DNA from: Flavobacteriaceae bacterium
GTDB taxonomy: Bacteria; Bacteroidota; Bacteroidia; Flavobacteriales; Flavobacteriaceae
Length of the DNA stretch: 64,000 nt
Reading direction: 5' to 3'
NCBI GenBank assembly: GCA_049889395.1
Contig: JBMHDM010000015.1
Location: forward strand, 111,103-175,102
Part shown: positions 46,523 through 55,940 of the stretch, one piece after another
How the letters are laid out: the number at the start of each line of letters is the position of its first letter
Position numbering within the stretch: position 1 is the stretch's first letter
Position numbers and translations under genes: made by a program
Notes under the pieces: generated by a model
The model's database searches: none
What the model was told of the DNA's origin: nothing
The model's input: only the letters and a program-made list of their open reading frames with translations

Positions 46523-48649
46523 TTAGTCCTTCAAAACTGAAAGTTTATTGACTTTAAGTGTGCTATTGAGATCCGTCAAAACATTGAGCGCTTCTTCCAT
46601 ATATATATCCTTAGCCAAAGATTCATGCCAACGTTCCCGATTGATTTTAAATACCGAATCTTGCTCCATCATAGGCAATTCATAAGGGAGTGATTCGAAA
46701 GTAAGATTTGTAGAATAATCTTTTAAACTATCAAAACGTTCAGACTCTTTTTTATTTCGTGCTAATTCGGCGTCATAGTCAATATACTTTAAACTATACA
46801 AGTCTTTGGAGCGTACTTTCTGAATCCATTTGGCGTTTTCGTCAATGAGTTTGATTTCGGGACTTTTCGCCATGCGTTCCTTGCTACGTCTTATGGTGGT
46901 CTCGTAATCAATAGGGCTATCCCATAGATCATAAGATGCTGATTGAATTTCGTCCCATTCCAACGGATTGTCTTGGTCTTTTTCTCCCATATCGATATAA
47001 CTGTATCGATCTGGTACAACCACGTCGCTTTTTACACCCTCAAGTTGAGTAGATCCACCATTGATGCGGTAATATTTTTGGGTTGTAAATTTGAAAGCTC
47101 CCATATCGCCGTTGGTGTTATTTTTGATCATCATATTTAGATCGATTACATTTTGTACCGTTCCTTTTCCATAGGTTTGCTTGCTACCTATGATAACAGC
47201 TCGCTTATAGTCTTGCATGGCCGCAGCTAGAATTTCTGAAGCAGAAGCCGAAAATTCATTAACTAAAATAACCAACGGTCCGCCCCATTCTACAGAATCG
47301 TCTCTGTCGCTAAGAACCTGACGGTCCTCACCCGTTGAACGAACCTGTACGATAGGGCCATCTTTTATAAATAGGCCACCTATATCAACTACAGTTTTCA
47401 AAGAACCACCGCCGTTGTTTCTTAAATCTAAAACCAATCCCTCTACTCCCTCTGCTTTCAAACGTCGTATTTCTTGCTTGATATCTGAAGTTGCATTTCT
47501 GCTATTTACATCTTGAAAATCAATGTAAAATTTGGGGAGATTTATCACACCGAATTTATAATCCCCTTTCTCAACTACACTTGATTTGGCATAAGTTTCT
47601 TCCAATTCAATTTCATCTCTAGGTATCATAAGGTCTTCGATGGTCCCATCTACTCTTTTGAGCGTGAGGATAACATTTGTTCCTTTAGGTCCTTTGATGA
47701 GTTTAACCGCATCGTCCAGACGCATTCCAACAACGCTAACGGCCTCTTCTTCGTTTTCTTGACGTACTTTCAATATGATGTCACCAACTTGAAGTTTATT
47801 TTGACGCCATGCCGATCCGCCAGAAATCAGTTCCGTTATGCTGATATTGTCCATTCTCTTTTGTAATCGTGCCCCAATCCCTTCATATTTTCCAGACATA
47901 GCTGCATCAAAGCGATCTTTATCTTGTGGAGCAAAATAAAACGTATGTGGGTCGAATGATTCCGCAATAGCGTTTATATACATCGATAGCCAATCTTCAC
48001 GGCGCATGTCGTCGAAATAAACAGCTGTTTCTTGTAAACTTCGTAGCGTTGATGCACGAGATTCCTCCTCTAGTTGTTGTAAAGTTTTCGGAGTAAAATT
48101 ATCGTCCTTAGATTTTGATTCCTGTTCTGACACCAAATCGTGGTAATTAGCTAGCGTACTAAATTTAAGTTGTTTTCGCCATCGGTCTTTCATGTCATCT
48201 GTGGAGGAGACAAAGTCTAATTTTTCGGAATCGGACTGATAAGTCTCGTCAATATTATAATTAAATGGGGTATTTAGGACCGCCTCATAAATGGTTCTGG
48301 TTTCTTTTATTCGGGCTAGCAATTTGTCATATACGAGATTAAAAAACTGGACATCGTAATTCTTTATCTGATCATCGAGTTCCGTTTCATATTGTCTGAA
48401 GGTCTCGATATCTGAGGCATAGAAATAATGTTTAAAGGGGTCAACTTGATTCAAGAATCGCGAGTAAACGTCTTTTGAAAATTCATCATTAAAATCTTTG
48501 GGTTGAAAATGTCCTTGTTCTAACAAATATGTGACCAGTTGCATTAATAATTTATCCTTGTCTGGATTATCGAATGTTTTCGTCGTAAAACTGCAAGAGG
48601 CAAAACCAACTAAAATCGATAGTAAAAAGATGTTAAAGTTTCGTTTCAT
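46523..48649 (-). CDS. S41 family carboxy-terminal processing (tail-specific) peptidase lipoprotein
   Basis: A lipoprotein signal (GFASCS) and a PDZ segment (GDIILKV) are present. The catalytic Ser context is NEFSASASEILAAA and the catalytic Lys context is TYGKGTVQ. It includes the long Prc-type N- and C-terminal extensions. Confidence 0.9.
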   Translation of the reverse strand: MKRNFNIFLLSILVGFASCSFTTKTFDNPDKDKLLMQLVTYLLEQGHFQPKDFNDEFSKDVYSRFLNQVDPFKHYFYASDIETFRQYETELDDQIKNYDVQFFNLVYDKLLARIKETRTIYEAVLNTPFNYNIDETYQSDSEKLDFVSSTDDMKDRWRKQLKFSTLANYHDLVSEQESKSKDDNFTPKTLQQLEEESRASTLRSLQETAVYFDDMRREDWLSMYINAIAESFDPHTFYFAPQDKDRFDAAMSGKYEGIGARLQKRMDNISITELISGGSAWRQNKLQVGDIILKVRQENEEEAVSVVGMRLDDAVKLIKGPKGTNVILTLKRVDGTIEDLMIPRDEIELEETYAKSSVVEKGDYKFGVINLPKFYIDFQDVNSRNATSDIKQEIRRLKAEGVEGLVLDLRNNGGGSLKTVVDIGGLFIKDGPIVQVRSTGEDRQVLSDRDDSVEWGGPLVILVNEFSASASEILAAAMQDYKRAVIIGSKQTYGKGTVQNVIDLNMMIKNNTNGDMGAFKFTTQKYYRINGGSTQLEGVKSDVVVPDRYSYIDMGEKDQDNPLEWDEIQSASYDLWDSPIDYETTIRRSKERMAKSPEIKLIDENAKWIQKVRSKDLYSLKYIDYDAELARNKKESERFDSLKDYSTNLTFESLPYELPMMEQDSVFKINRERWHESLAKDIYMEEALNVLTDLNSTLKVNKLSVLKD

Positions 48650-48793
48650 GTTATAACCGTATTGGGTGTTTACACTAAATTATCGGTATTTGTCCAATAA
48701 TCAGGCCAACTTATTGATAATTTTTTGTTAAAGCAAAGAAAGCAGCCGAATGATTCAAAATTACTTACTTTTGTTAATGAAAACAAAGAAAAA

Positions 48794-49570
48794 ATGACAA
48801 AAAGACCACTAATTTTGGTGACCAATGATGATGGTATCACCGCGCCAGGAATTCGAACACTCATTAAGGTTATGAATTCTCTTGGAGACGTGATTGTAGT
48901 CGCTCCAGACAGCCCCCAAAGCGGAATGGGCCATGCCATTACCATCAACGAAACGCTCTACTGCAGAGAAGAACATATCGACAATGGTCCGCAAAAAGAA
49001 TACAGTTGCTCAGGAACACCAGCAGATTGTGTAAAGTTGGCCGTTCATGAGCTATTGGGCAGAAAACCCGATTTATGTGTTTCAGGTATTAATCACGGTT
49101 CAAACTCTTCAATCAATGTCATTTATTCGGGAACAATGAGTGCTGCGATAGAAGCCGGAATGGAGGGGATTCCCGCCATTGGTTTTTCTCTGGTCAATTA
49201 CAGTTGGGATGCAGACTTTAAACCTGCTGAACCCTACATAAAAAATATCTGTCAAAATGTACTTGATAATGGTCTTCAAAAAGGGATTATTTTGAATGTC
49301 AATTTTCCAGGCCTACAAAACGAACCGATAAAAGGGGTTAAAATTTGTCGCCAAGCTAATGCCAACTGGATTGAAAAATTTGACAAACGCCAGAGTCCTA
49401 TGGGACGTGATTATTATTGGCTAACAGGTGAGTTTGTTAATAAAGATAAAGGGCAAGATACCGACGAATGGGCTCTGGAAAATGGGTATGTATCGGTCGT
49501 TCCTGTACAATATGATTTGACCGCACATCATTATATTCAAGAACTAAATAATTGGTCTTTCGATGAATAA
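48794..49570 (+). CDS. surE: 5'/3'-nucleotidase SurE
   Basis: The motifs ILVTNDDGI.APGI, SG.NHG.N, YSGT..AA.E and YWL.G are present. The internal ATG at 48794 (MTKRPLILVTNDDG) is the likely start rather than the track start at 48725. Confidence 0.9.
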   Translation: MTKRPLILVTNDDGITAPGIRTLIKVMNSLGDVIVVAPDSPQSGMGHAITINETLYCREEHIDNGPQKEYSCSGTPADCVKLAVHELLGRKPDLCVSGINHGSNSSINVIYSGTMSAAIEAGMEGIPAIGFSLVNYSWDADFKPAEPYIKNICQNVLDNGLQKGIILNVNFPGLQNEPIKGVKICRQANANWIEKFDKRQSPMGRDYYWLTGEFVNKDKGQDTDEWALENGYVSVVPVQYDLTAHHYIQELNNWSFDE

Positions 49571-49856
49571 AAAACAACTAATCATAGGCCTTGTTTTCGG
49601 ATTATTTTCCAATAGTTTGGGATTAATCATAGTATTATACTTAACTGGAAACCTGTCAAACAAAGCTGGTGGTCTGACGGCTGTTTTGGCCGCAGCTTAT
49701 CACGAAGATTTTTTAGGTAAACTGATCAGCTTGGGTGCTATTTTAAACTTGTTGTGTTTTTTTTATTTTTTAAAAAAACAACAAGACTCCCGTGCAGCAG
49801 GCGTTTTAGTAGCAACCATTTTAGTGGCTGTTTTTACATTTTTAATTAAACTCTAA
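49563..49856 (+). CDS. small three/four-helix membrane protein (hypothetical)
   Basis: 97 aa and strongly hydrophobic. It overlaps surE by 8 nt and ends 1 nt before lpxB, so it is embedded in the surE-lpxB operon. Confidence 0.5.
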   Translation: MNKKQLIIGLVFGLFSNSLGLIIVLYLTGNLSNKAGGLTAVLAAAYHEDFLGKLISLGAILNLLCFFYFLKKQQDSRAAGVLVATILVAVFTFLIKL

Positions 49857-49857
49857 A

Positions 49858-50970
49858 ATGAAGTACTACATCATAGCTGGCGAAGCTTCAGGTGATTTAC
49901 ATGGTTCTAACCTTATTAAAGCATTGAGTGTTGCTGACTCGAAAGCTAAGTTTAGGGTTTGGGGTGGCGATTTAATGGAACAAGCGGGTGCAACGTTAGT
50001 CAAACACTACAGAGATTTAGCTTTTATGGGCTTTTTGGAAGTGCTATTAAACCTACGAACCATCTTAGGAAATATTCGTTTTTGTAAATCAGATATCGCA
50101 GAATTCAGTCCGGACGTTATCATTTTTATTGATTACCCAGGATTCAACTTGCGAATGGCCAAATGGGCCAAAGCCCGTGGTTTTAGAACCCATTATTATA
50201 TTTCGCCACAAATTTGGGCCTGGAAAGAAAATCGTATCCGTCAAATCAAACAGGATGTGGATCAGATGTATGTCATTTTACCGTTTGAAAAACCGTTTTA
50301 CGAAGACAAACATAAGATGGCTGTTTCGTTTGTGGGTCACCCTCTTATTGATGCTATTGCCAACCGACCAAAAGCTAATCTCAAAACTTTAAAAGAATCT
50401 TATGGTCTTGGAAATCAACCTATTATAGCACTACTGCCAGGCAGTCGGCAACAAGAAATTCAAAAAATGTTATCTGCAATGCTGTCCGTGGTAGAGGCTT
50501 TTCCCGACTACCAATTTGTCATTGCTGGAGCGCCTAGCCAACCCGAAAAGGTTTACAAATCCTACATTAAAAATGATCGTATTCATTTTGTTAGCAATGC
50601 TACCTACGACCTGCTCAGTATAGCCGATGCTGCTTTAGTCACCTCTGGAACCGCCACCTTGGAAACTGCTTTATTCAAAGTCCCTCAAGTTGTCTGTTAC
50701 AAATCTAGTTGGTTGTCCTACCAGATTGGAAAACGCGTTGTGAAACTGAAATTTATTTCCTTGGTTAACCTGATTATGGACCGTAAAGTGGTTACCGAAT
50801 TGATCCAAAATGAGCTAAACACCCAACGCCTAACAGCTGAACTCAAACACATTTTGGAGCCTAAAACCCAAAAACTACTACAGGTCGATTATAACGACTT
50901 GGAACAAAAACTAGGCGGCCCAGGTGCTAGCCAAAAAGTGGCAGAATTGGTGATAAAAGATTTGGGGTGA
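49858..50970 (+). CDS. lpxB: lipid-A-disaccharide synthase
   Basis: 370 aa. The motifs AGEASGDLHG..L, IDYPGFNLR, YYISPQ.WAWK, LPGSR..EI and SGTATLE are canonical LpxB. Confidence 0.9.
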   Translation: MKYYIIAGEASGDLHGSNLIKALSVADSKAKFRVWGGDLMEQAGATLVKHYRDLAFMGFLEVLLNLRTILGNIRFCKSDIAEFSPDVIIFIDYPGFNLRMAKWAKARGFRTHYYISPQIWAWKENRIRQIKQDVDQMYVILPFEKPFYEDKHKMAVSFVGHPLIDAIANRPKANLKTLKESYGLGNQPIIALLPGSRQQEIQKMLSAMLSVVEAFPDYQFVIAGAPSQPEKVYKSYIKNDRIHFVSNATYDLLSIADAALVTSGTATLETALFKVPQVVCYKSSWLSYQIGKRVVKLKFISLVNLIMDRKVVTELIQNELNTQRLTAELKHILEPKTQKLLQVDYNDLEQKLGGPGASQKVAELVIKDLG

Positions 50971-51081
50971 TTTTATTTGTGTTCTACACTGCCTAACACA
51001 CTGAACCGCTTCATTATCTAGATTAATATAGTTTGCTACCTGATAACAATTATTTAAATTGGCGCTCCCAAATCTTATGCT

Positions 51082-51855
51082 ATGTTGTCTCATCCACTCC
51101 GTTACCCCTTCCCCAAATTAACTTTGGCTCTTATTGTGGGGATTATGTTTCAGGATATATTTCATCTTACTTTAGAAATTGTCTGAATCTTTGTCATAGT
51201 TCCAGGGATTGTATGGATTATAACACAATTCAAAACTGCCATAACAAAAAAAATATGGGGGCGTTGGGCCAGTTTAATGTTGGTAATCTGTTTTGGCGCT
51301 TGGTGTGGCGTTATGAATCAGCCCACACGACACTCGGATCATTACAGTCATATGGTTCCACAGAAAAATAAAACCCTTAAACCCGTTGTTATACAGGTTA
51401 ATACGATATTGAATCCCACCAAATACAATCTACGATTTTATGCCAATATAGTGCAGTGGGATAGTACAGATGTGTTTGGAAAAATATTACTAAATATTAA
51501 AACAGATACATTAACACCTCCATTTGTGGTGGATTATATCACAGGAGAGAATATTTCAGAGCACAAAATTGAGTCCATTAACCCTATTTATAGAATTTCA
51601 AATAATAATTTATTGTTGATTGATTCTTTAGGGATTTATAAATTTAGATCTCAAAAATTTGATTGGGTATTGATGCAATATAGCCCCAAAATACATTTCG
51701 AAACTATGATTGAAACCCTGCAACCGAGGCTTGTTATTGCGGATGGTAGTAATTATAAAAGCTTGATCAATAGGTGGAAAAAAACCTGTAAATCTAAAGG
51801 CGTTAAGTTTTATGACACCGCCACCAGTGGTGCATTTATCTATCCCTTAAAATGA
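51082..51855 (+). pseudogene. comEC: ComEC/Rec2 competence channel remnant (in-frame TGA plus large internal deletion)
   Basis: A single frame reads MLSHPLRYPFPKLTLALIVGIMFQDIFHLTLEIV, then TGA (51184-51186), then IFVIVPGIVWIITQ..LMLVICFGAWCGV..HYSH... This is the ComEC N-terminal TM helices plus the start of the OB-fold domain. It then runs directly into a ComEC-type C-terminal tail (LLIDSLG..DWVLMQYSPKI..LQPRLVIADGSNYKS..W.KTC). Total length is about 257 codons. The central multi-TM competence domain is absent. Confidence 0.7.
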
Positions 51856-51857
51856 TT

Positions 51858-52403
51858 TTAAAATGAGGGTTTAAAGTCTTTGGAGTATTGGTTAAAATCC
51901 GCTTGACTTGTAATGGTTTTATACAAATCCTCGCCAAAAAGTCTAAGGTATAGCTCTAGTTGGGGTGCTGTTCTGTATCCAGGTATAGGGGCTAAAAATT
52001 CTGCCTTTTCGCCCAAAAAAACAATAGTTGGATAGGCCGATACACCAAAATACTGTGCCAGTTGATGCTGACTGTTGCGGCGCTTAGCTTTGGCAGGGTC
52101 ATAGTTTGGATTAACAAATTTTTGTGCTTTAAAATTGACTTCTTCATTGCCTTCAGCATTAAATTTGACAGCATAGAAATTGGCATTTACGTACGCCGCT
52201 AGTTTGGTATTGGAAAAGGTGTTTTTGTCTAACAGCCGGCAGGGTCCACACCAAGAAGTATACATGTCAATCATAATTTTTTTTGGGTTTTCTTGTTGTT
52301 TGGCCAAAGCCTGATCCATTGTTAGCCACTTAATCTCTTGAGCTTGTATGGAAAGGCAACCAAAGGCCACAAGAATGAAAAATTTATAGGTTTTATTAAA
52401 CAT
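51858..52403 (-). CDS. secreted thioredoxin-fold protein
   Basis: A signal peptide (FFILVAFGCLSIQAQ), the redox motif SWCGPC and the cis-Pro region (AYPTIVF) are present. The internal ATG at 52403 gives a normal signal peptide. The track start at 52433 would overlap the upstream small ORF further. Confidence 0.8.
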   Translation of the reverse strand: MFNKTYKFFILVAFGCLSIQAQEIKWLTMDQALAKQQENPKKIMIDMYTSWCGPCRLLDKNTFSNTKLAAYVNANFYAVKFNAEGNEEVNFKAQKFVNPNYDPAKAKRRNSQHQLAQYFGVSAYPTIVFLGEKAEFLAPIPGYRTAPQLELYLRLFGEDLYKTITSQADFNQYSKDFKPSF

Positions 52404-52590
52404 AATTTTCAATATAAAATTGAGATCGTTCATCTTTATTCATTCCAGCAGTTTGCGCTACAAAGTTATCTCTTTCATTTGTGGTTTTAAAAACCCATAC
52501 ACAAAAACTGTCTTTGCTGTGGTAAATGGCTTTTAGCTCGTCATCAATAAGACACAATTCTGCTGGAATATCTGCTTTTATACAAATCAT
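52396..52590 (-). CDS. hypothetical small soluble protein
   Basis: A 64-aa ORF starts 12 nt after the stop of the POT transporter gene on the same strand. It has no recognisable motif. Coding status rests only on its position within the operon. Confidence 0.3.
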   Translation of the reverse strand: MICIKADIPAELCLIDDELKAIYHSKDSFCVWVFKTTNERDNFVAQTAGMNKDERSQFYIENYV

Positions 52591-52602
52591 TTTATAATGA
52601 TT

Positions 52603-54375
52603 TTAGCGTACACCATGCATCAATTTTTTCAGCAGTGGGTGCAACACGAGTGATACTAATCCTATCGCTATGGGTACGACGGTGAAAATCAAAAAGAACG
52701 TAGAAAGACTGTATTCTTTTGTGATATTTTCAACCTCAGCGCCTACATAGTGTGCCAGTTTGTTTCCAATGGCTATGGCCAAATAATAAACCCCAAACAT
52801 AAAGGCAATCATTCGCACTGGCACTAGCTTACTCAAGTATGATAGCCCCATAGGAGATAAACACAATTCGCCTAACGTATGGAACAAATATGCAAACACT
52901 AACCATGCCATACTAAGCGAACCAGATTCTGCACCAGCTGGGACATTTCTAGCCCCAAAAGCCAGAAAAGCAAATCCTAATCCTAAAAGGAATAATCCTA
53001 AAAAGTATTTTACGGATGCTGGAGGGTTGTAGCGACTGTCCCACCATTTGGTGAAAAGTGGTGCAAATATGATGATAAACAAAGAATTTAAAATGGCAAA
53101 CCAAGTTACTGGAACTTCCGTATTAGTAGATTGAAATTCTGTGTATAATTTAAAAATAACAATGGCCCAAACAATTAAAAAGCTAAAGCCTAGAATAATA
53201 TTTGACAGACCAATCCTATTAAATGTTTGGCGAAACAAACTCCAAAGCACGTAAGTTATAATGACTAACGGAACAATGGTCACTATCAAATCAATGGCTT
53301 TAAAGACACCCGCTGCACTACCCTCCAAAATTCGGTTGGTAAAATCTCTAGTATAAATGGGAAGCGAGCCTGCGGCCTGTTCAAAAGCAGCCCAAAAGAA
53401 AATGGTGAATAAACAGAATATGGTAAATGCAATCATCCGATCTCTTTCAATTTTTGTGTAGCGTGGGATTCTTATTATGAGTAACATAATGAAAGTAATC
53501 GCTGCCAATAACGCAAAAAACAACGAATCTTTCATTCCTGCAACAGTAAAATTAAGCGTATCGATTTGGCCTATTTGACTTAACGGATCATTGATGATAA
53601 AAATTAGCGCCGAAATACTAAAAATCCCGATGAGGAGATAATCTACAGCACGAAAAGTATTAAGCTTAACTTCAGCTTTATTGGCTTTGGAATATTTGTT
53701 GACTAATGTATCCTTAGTGTCTTCTTGGACGTTTTGAGGTTTTGACCCAATATCGCCAAAAAGTGGTTGGGCATAATAGAATTGTAACATGCCCAATAAC
53801 ATAAATATACCAGCCAATCCAAATCCATAACTCCAGCCTACTTTTTCTCCTACCCAGCCACACAGCATAATACCTAAAAATGCCCCTGCATTAACGCCCA
53901 TATAAAAGATATTGTAGGCCCCATCTTTTTTATCGTCGTGGCCATCGTACATTTTAGAGATTATTGAGGTCATATTGGGTTTAAAAAACCCGTTTCCTAA
54001 AATCAAAAGTGCAATTCCTATATAAAGAAATGCAGGTGTTTCCACGGCCATCGCTGCATGTCCAAGGGTCATTAGTAGAGCGCCGATAACCACTGCCATT
54101 CGGTAGCCAATTTTATTGTCCGCTAACCAACCTCCAACTAGTGGTGTGAGGTAAACAAACATGGCATAGGTCCCTAATAGCGATAACGCTGCTGGTGTAC
54201 TCCAGCCCCAGCCAGGATTATCACCAGTGACTACTCCAGTTAAAAAAATCACTAATATGGCCCGCATGCCGTAATACGAAAAGCGCTCCCACATTTCAGT
54301 AAAAAATAATACAAATAGACCTGCAGGGTGTCCTAGAACTTGGTCCTTAAAAATTTGATCGTTGGCTGTATTCAT
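52603..54375 (-). CDS. POT/PTR2 family proton-dependent oligopeptide transporter (long form)
   Basis: 590 aa with about 14 TM helices. It carries the PTR2 signature GHP.GL..LFFTEMWERFSYYGMRA.LV.F and FYMGVN.GAF. Confidence 0.9.
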   Translation of the reverse strand: MNTANDQIFKDQVLGHPAGLFVLFFTEMWERFSYYGMRAILVIFLTGVVTGDNPGWGWSTPAALSLLGTYAMFVYLTPLVGGWLADNKIGYRMAVVIGALLMTLGHAAMAVETPAFLYIGIALLILGNGFFKPNMTSIISKMYDGHDDKKDGAYNIFYMGVNAGAFLGIMLCGWVGEKVGWSYGFGLAGIFMLLGMLQFYYAQPLFGDIGSKPQNVQEDTKDTLVNKYSKANKAEVKLNTFRAVDYLLIGIFSISALIFIINDPLSQIGQIDTLNFTVAGMKDSLFFALLAAITFIMLLIIRIPRYTKIERDRMIAFTIFCLFTIFFWAAFEQAAGSLPIYTRDFTNRILEGSAAGVFKAIDLIVTIVPLVIITYVLWSLFRQTFNRIGLSNIILGFSFLIVWAIVIFKLYTEFQSTNTEVPVTWFAILNSLFIIIFAPLFTKWWDSRYNPPASVKYFLGLFLLGLGFAFLAFGARNVPAGAESGSLSMAWLVFAYLFHTLGELCLSPMGLSYLSKLVPVRMIAFMFGVYYLAIAIGNKLAHYVGAEVENITKEYSLSTFFLIFTVVPIAIGLVSLVLHPLLKKLMHGVR

Positions 54376-54388
54376 AATATGGTTAGTT

Positions 54389-55912
54389 TTAAGATTCTAA
54401 AATTCGTTCGTTTTCTTCTGCATTGTGAGTTAATCTTTTCAAGGGTTTTAAAATTAAGATAAATAATGCCCCTACGATGACTGTGAATATCAATATGCCA
54501 ACAAATATGGTGTACTCACCAAAATCGCTGGCTGCCTCTCCTACGATTCCTGCTACCTTACTACCCAAACCAGTTGCAGCAAAATAAACACCCATCATAA
54601 GAGAAGCATACTTTACTGGGGTCAGTTTTGTTATAAAAGACAGCGCTACTGGAGATAAACAAAGCTCTCCAATGGTGTGGAACAAATAGGCCAATACCAG
54701 CCAAATCATACTTGAAGAGCCTGATTTTTCAAATTCCATGGCAGCAAAAACCATAAAAAGAAATCCAAAACCCATGATAATTATCCCCAACGCCATTTTA
54801 AATAACGAACTCGCCTCTTTCCCTTTCAATTTTCGTTTGGCCCAAATAGAGGCCACTAGCGTGGCAAATAGGATGATAAAGCCAGCATTCAAACTCTGAA
54901 ACATAACAGTTGGTATCTCCCAACCAAAAAGGTTACGATCAGTATTGGTTTCGGTATAGAGGTTCATCAAACCTCCAGCTTGTTCAAAGGCACCCCAAAA
55001 TACGATAACCATGATGAATGACAACAAAAGCACAAGAAACCTGTCTTTATGTACTTGAGAATTTAATTCTTTGTATATCATCATCAATAGCACCACAATA
55101 GCGGTAAGAAAAATAAACAACAAACCATACCCCCATTCAAGCTTATACCAACCATAAACAGATAACAACAGTAATGCTATTGTTATGCTTACATGTGTTG
55201 GTGAACTAAATAATTTTCCATAGAGTTGACTGTATGAAATCTCACTCGGATCGTCTTTTGGTTCAACAAAGTTACCAACATGAACCAAATATTTTTGACC
55301 ATAAATGTAATTAATCAGTCCAATTACCATGACTACTCCTGCTAGACCAAATCCAGCATGCCAACCCCATTCATCAACAACCAAACCTACAATTATAGTT
55401 GCTAAGAGTGATCCTAGGTTTATGCCAATATAAAAAATACTAAATCCCTTGTCTCTACGAATATCACCTTCTTTATACAATCCACCGACCATCGTTGAAA
55501 TATTAGGCTTAAGTAAACCAACCCCCAAAATGACTAAACCGAGTCCGGCATAAAACGCCCATAAATCTGTCAAAACCAGAACACCATGACCCAAACACAA
55601 GATAATAGCGCCATAAAGGACCGCTTTCTTTTGGCCAATTAACTTATCTGCAATCATTCCACCAGGGATAGACATGACATATACCAACATCGTGTACCAT
55701 CCGTAAAGAGCCAAGGCCTCCTTGCTAGTCCAGCCAAGTCCTTCTCCACGGGCATCATCCCCAAGTGTTGATGCGGTCATGTAAAGTACGAGTAGGGCAC
55801 GCATTCCATAATACGAGAACCGTTCCCACATCTCTGTTAAGAATAGAATATACAGCCCTATGGGATGCCCAAAGAGTTGTTTTTGATTGTGAAGTTCTGT
55901 TGTATTTGTCAT
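54389..55912 (-). CDS. POT/PTR2 family proton-dependent oligopeptide transporter
   Basis: 507 aa. The motifs GHPIGLYILFLTEMWERFSYYGMRALLVLY and FYIGINLGS are present. It is a paralogue of the adjacent transporter. Confidence 0.9.
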   Translation of the reverse strand: MTNTTELHNQKQLFGHPIGLYILFLTEMWERFSYYGMRALLVLYMTASTLGDDARGEGLGWTSKEALALYGWYTMLVYVMSIPGGMIADKLIGQKKAVLYGAIILCLGHGVLVLTDLWAFYAGLGLVILGVGLLKPNISTMVGGLYKEGDIRRDKGFSIFYIGINLGSLLATIIVGLVVDEWGWHAGFGLAGVVMVIGLINYIYGQKYLVHVGNFVEPKDDPSEISYSQLYGKLFSSPTHVSITIALLLLSVYGWYKLEWGYGLLFIFLTAIVVLLMMIYKELNSQVHKDRFLVLLLSFIMVIVFWGAFEQAGGLMNLYTETNTDRNLFGWEIPTVMFQSLNAGFIILFATLVASIWAKRKLKGKEASSLFKMALGIIIMGFGFLFMVFAAMEFEKSGSSSMIWLVLAYLFHTIGELCLSPVALSFITKLTPVKYASLMMGVYFAATGLGSKVAGIVGEAASDFGEYTIFVGILIFTVIVGALFILILKPLKRLTHNAEENERILES

Positions 55913-55940
55913 AATAATTTAGTGTTATGGTTGGTTAGTA

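Noticed and set aside
51184-51186. The in-frame TGA in comEC as recoding (selenocysteine, Trp/Gly reassignment or read-through).
   Set aside because: TGA clearly terminates other genes here (GT2 at 8853-8855, lpxB at 50968-50970, HMGR at 59623-59625). No SECIS-like hairpin follows. The gene also carries a large internal deletion, so a nonsense mutation in a pseudogene is the simpler reading.
51033-51371. The track ORF of 112 aa, and the 51277 Met start of the 192-aa ORF, as independent genes.
   Set aside because: The 112-aa ORF is an out-of-frame overlap of the comEC remnant with low-complexity, Cys/Asn-rich translation. The 192-aa ORF is simply the part of the comEC frame after the first Met downstream of the TGA.
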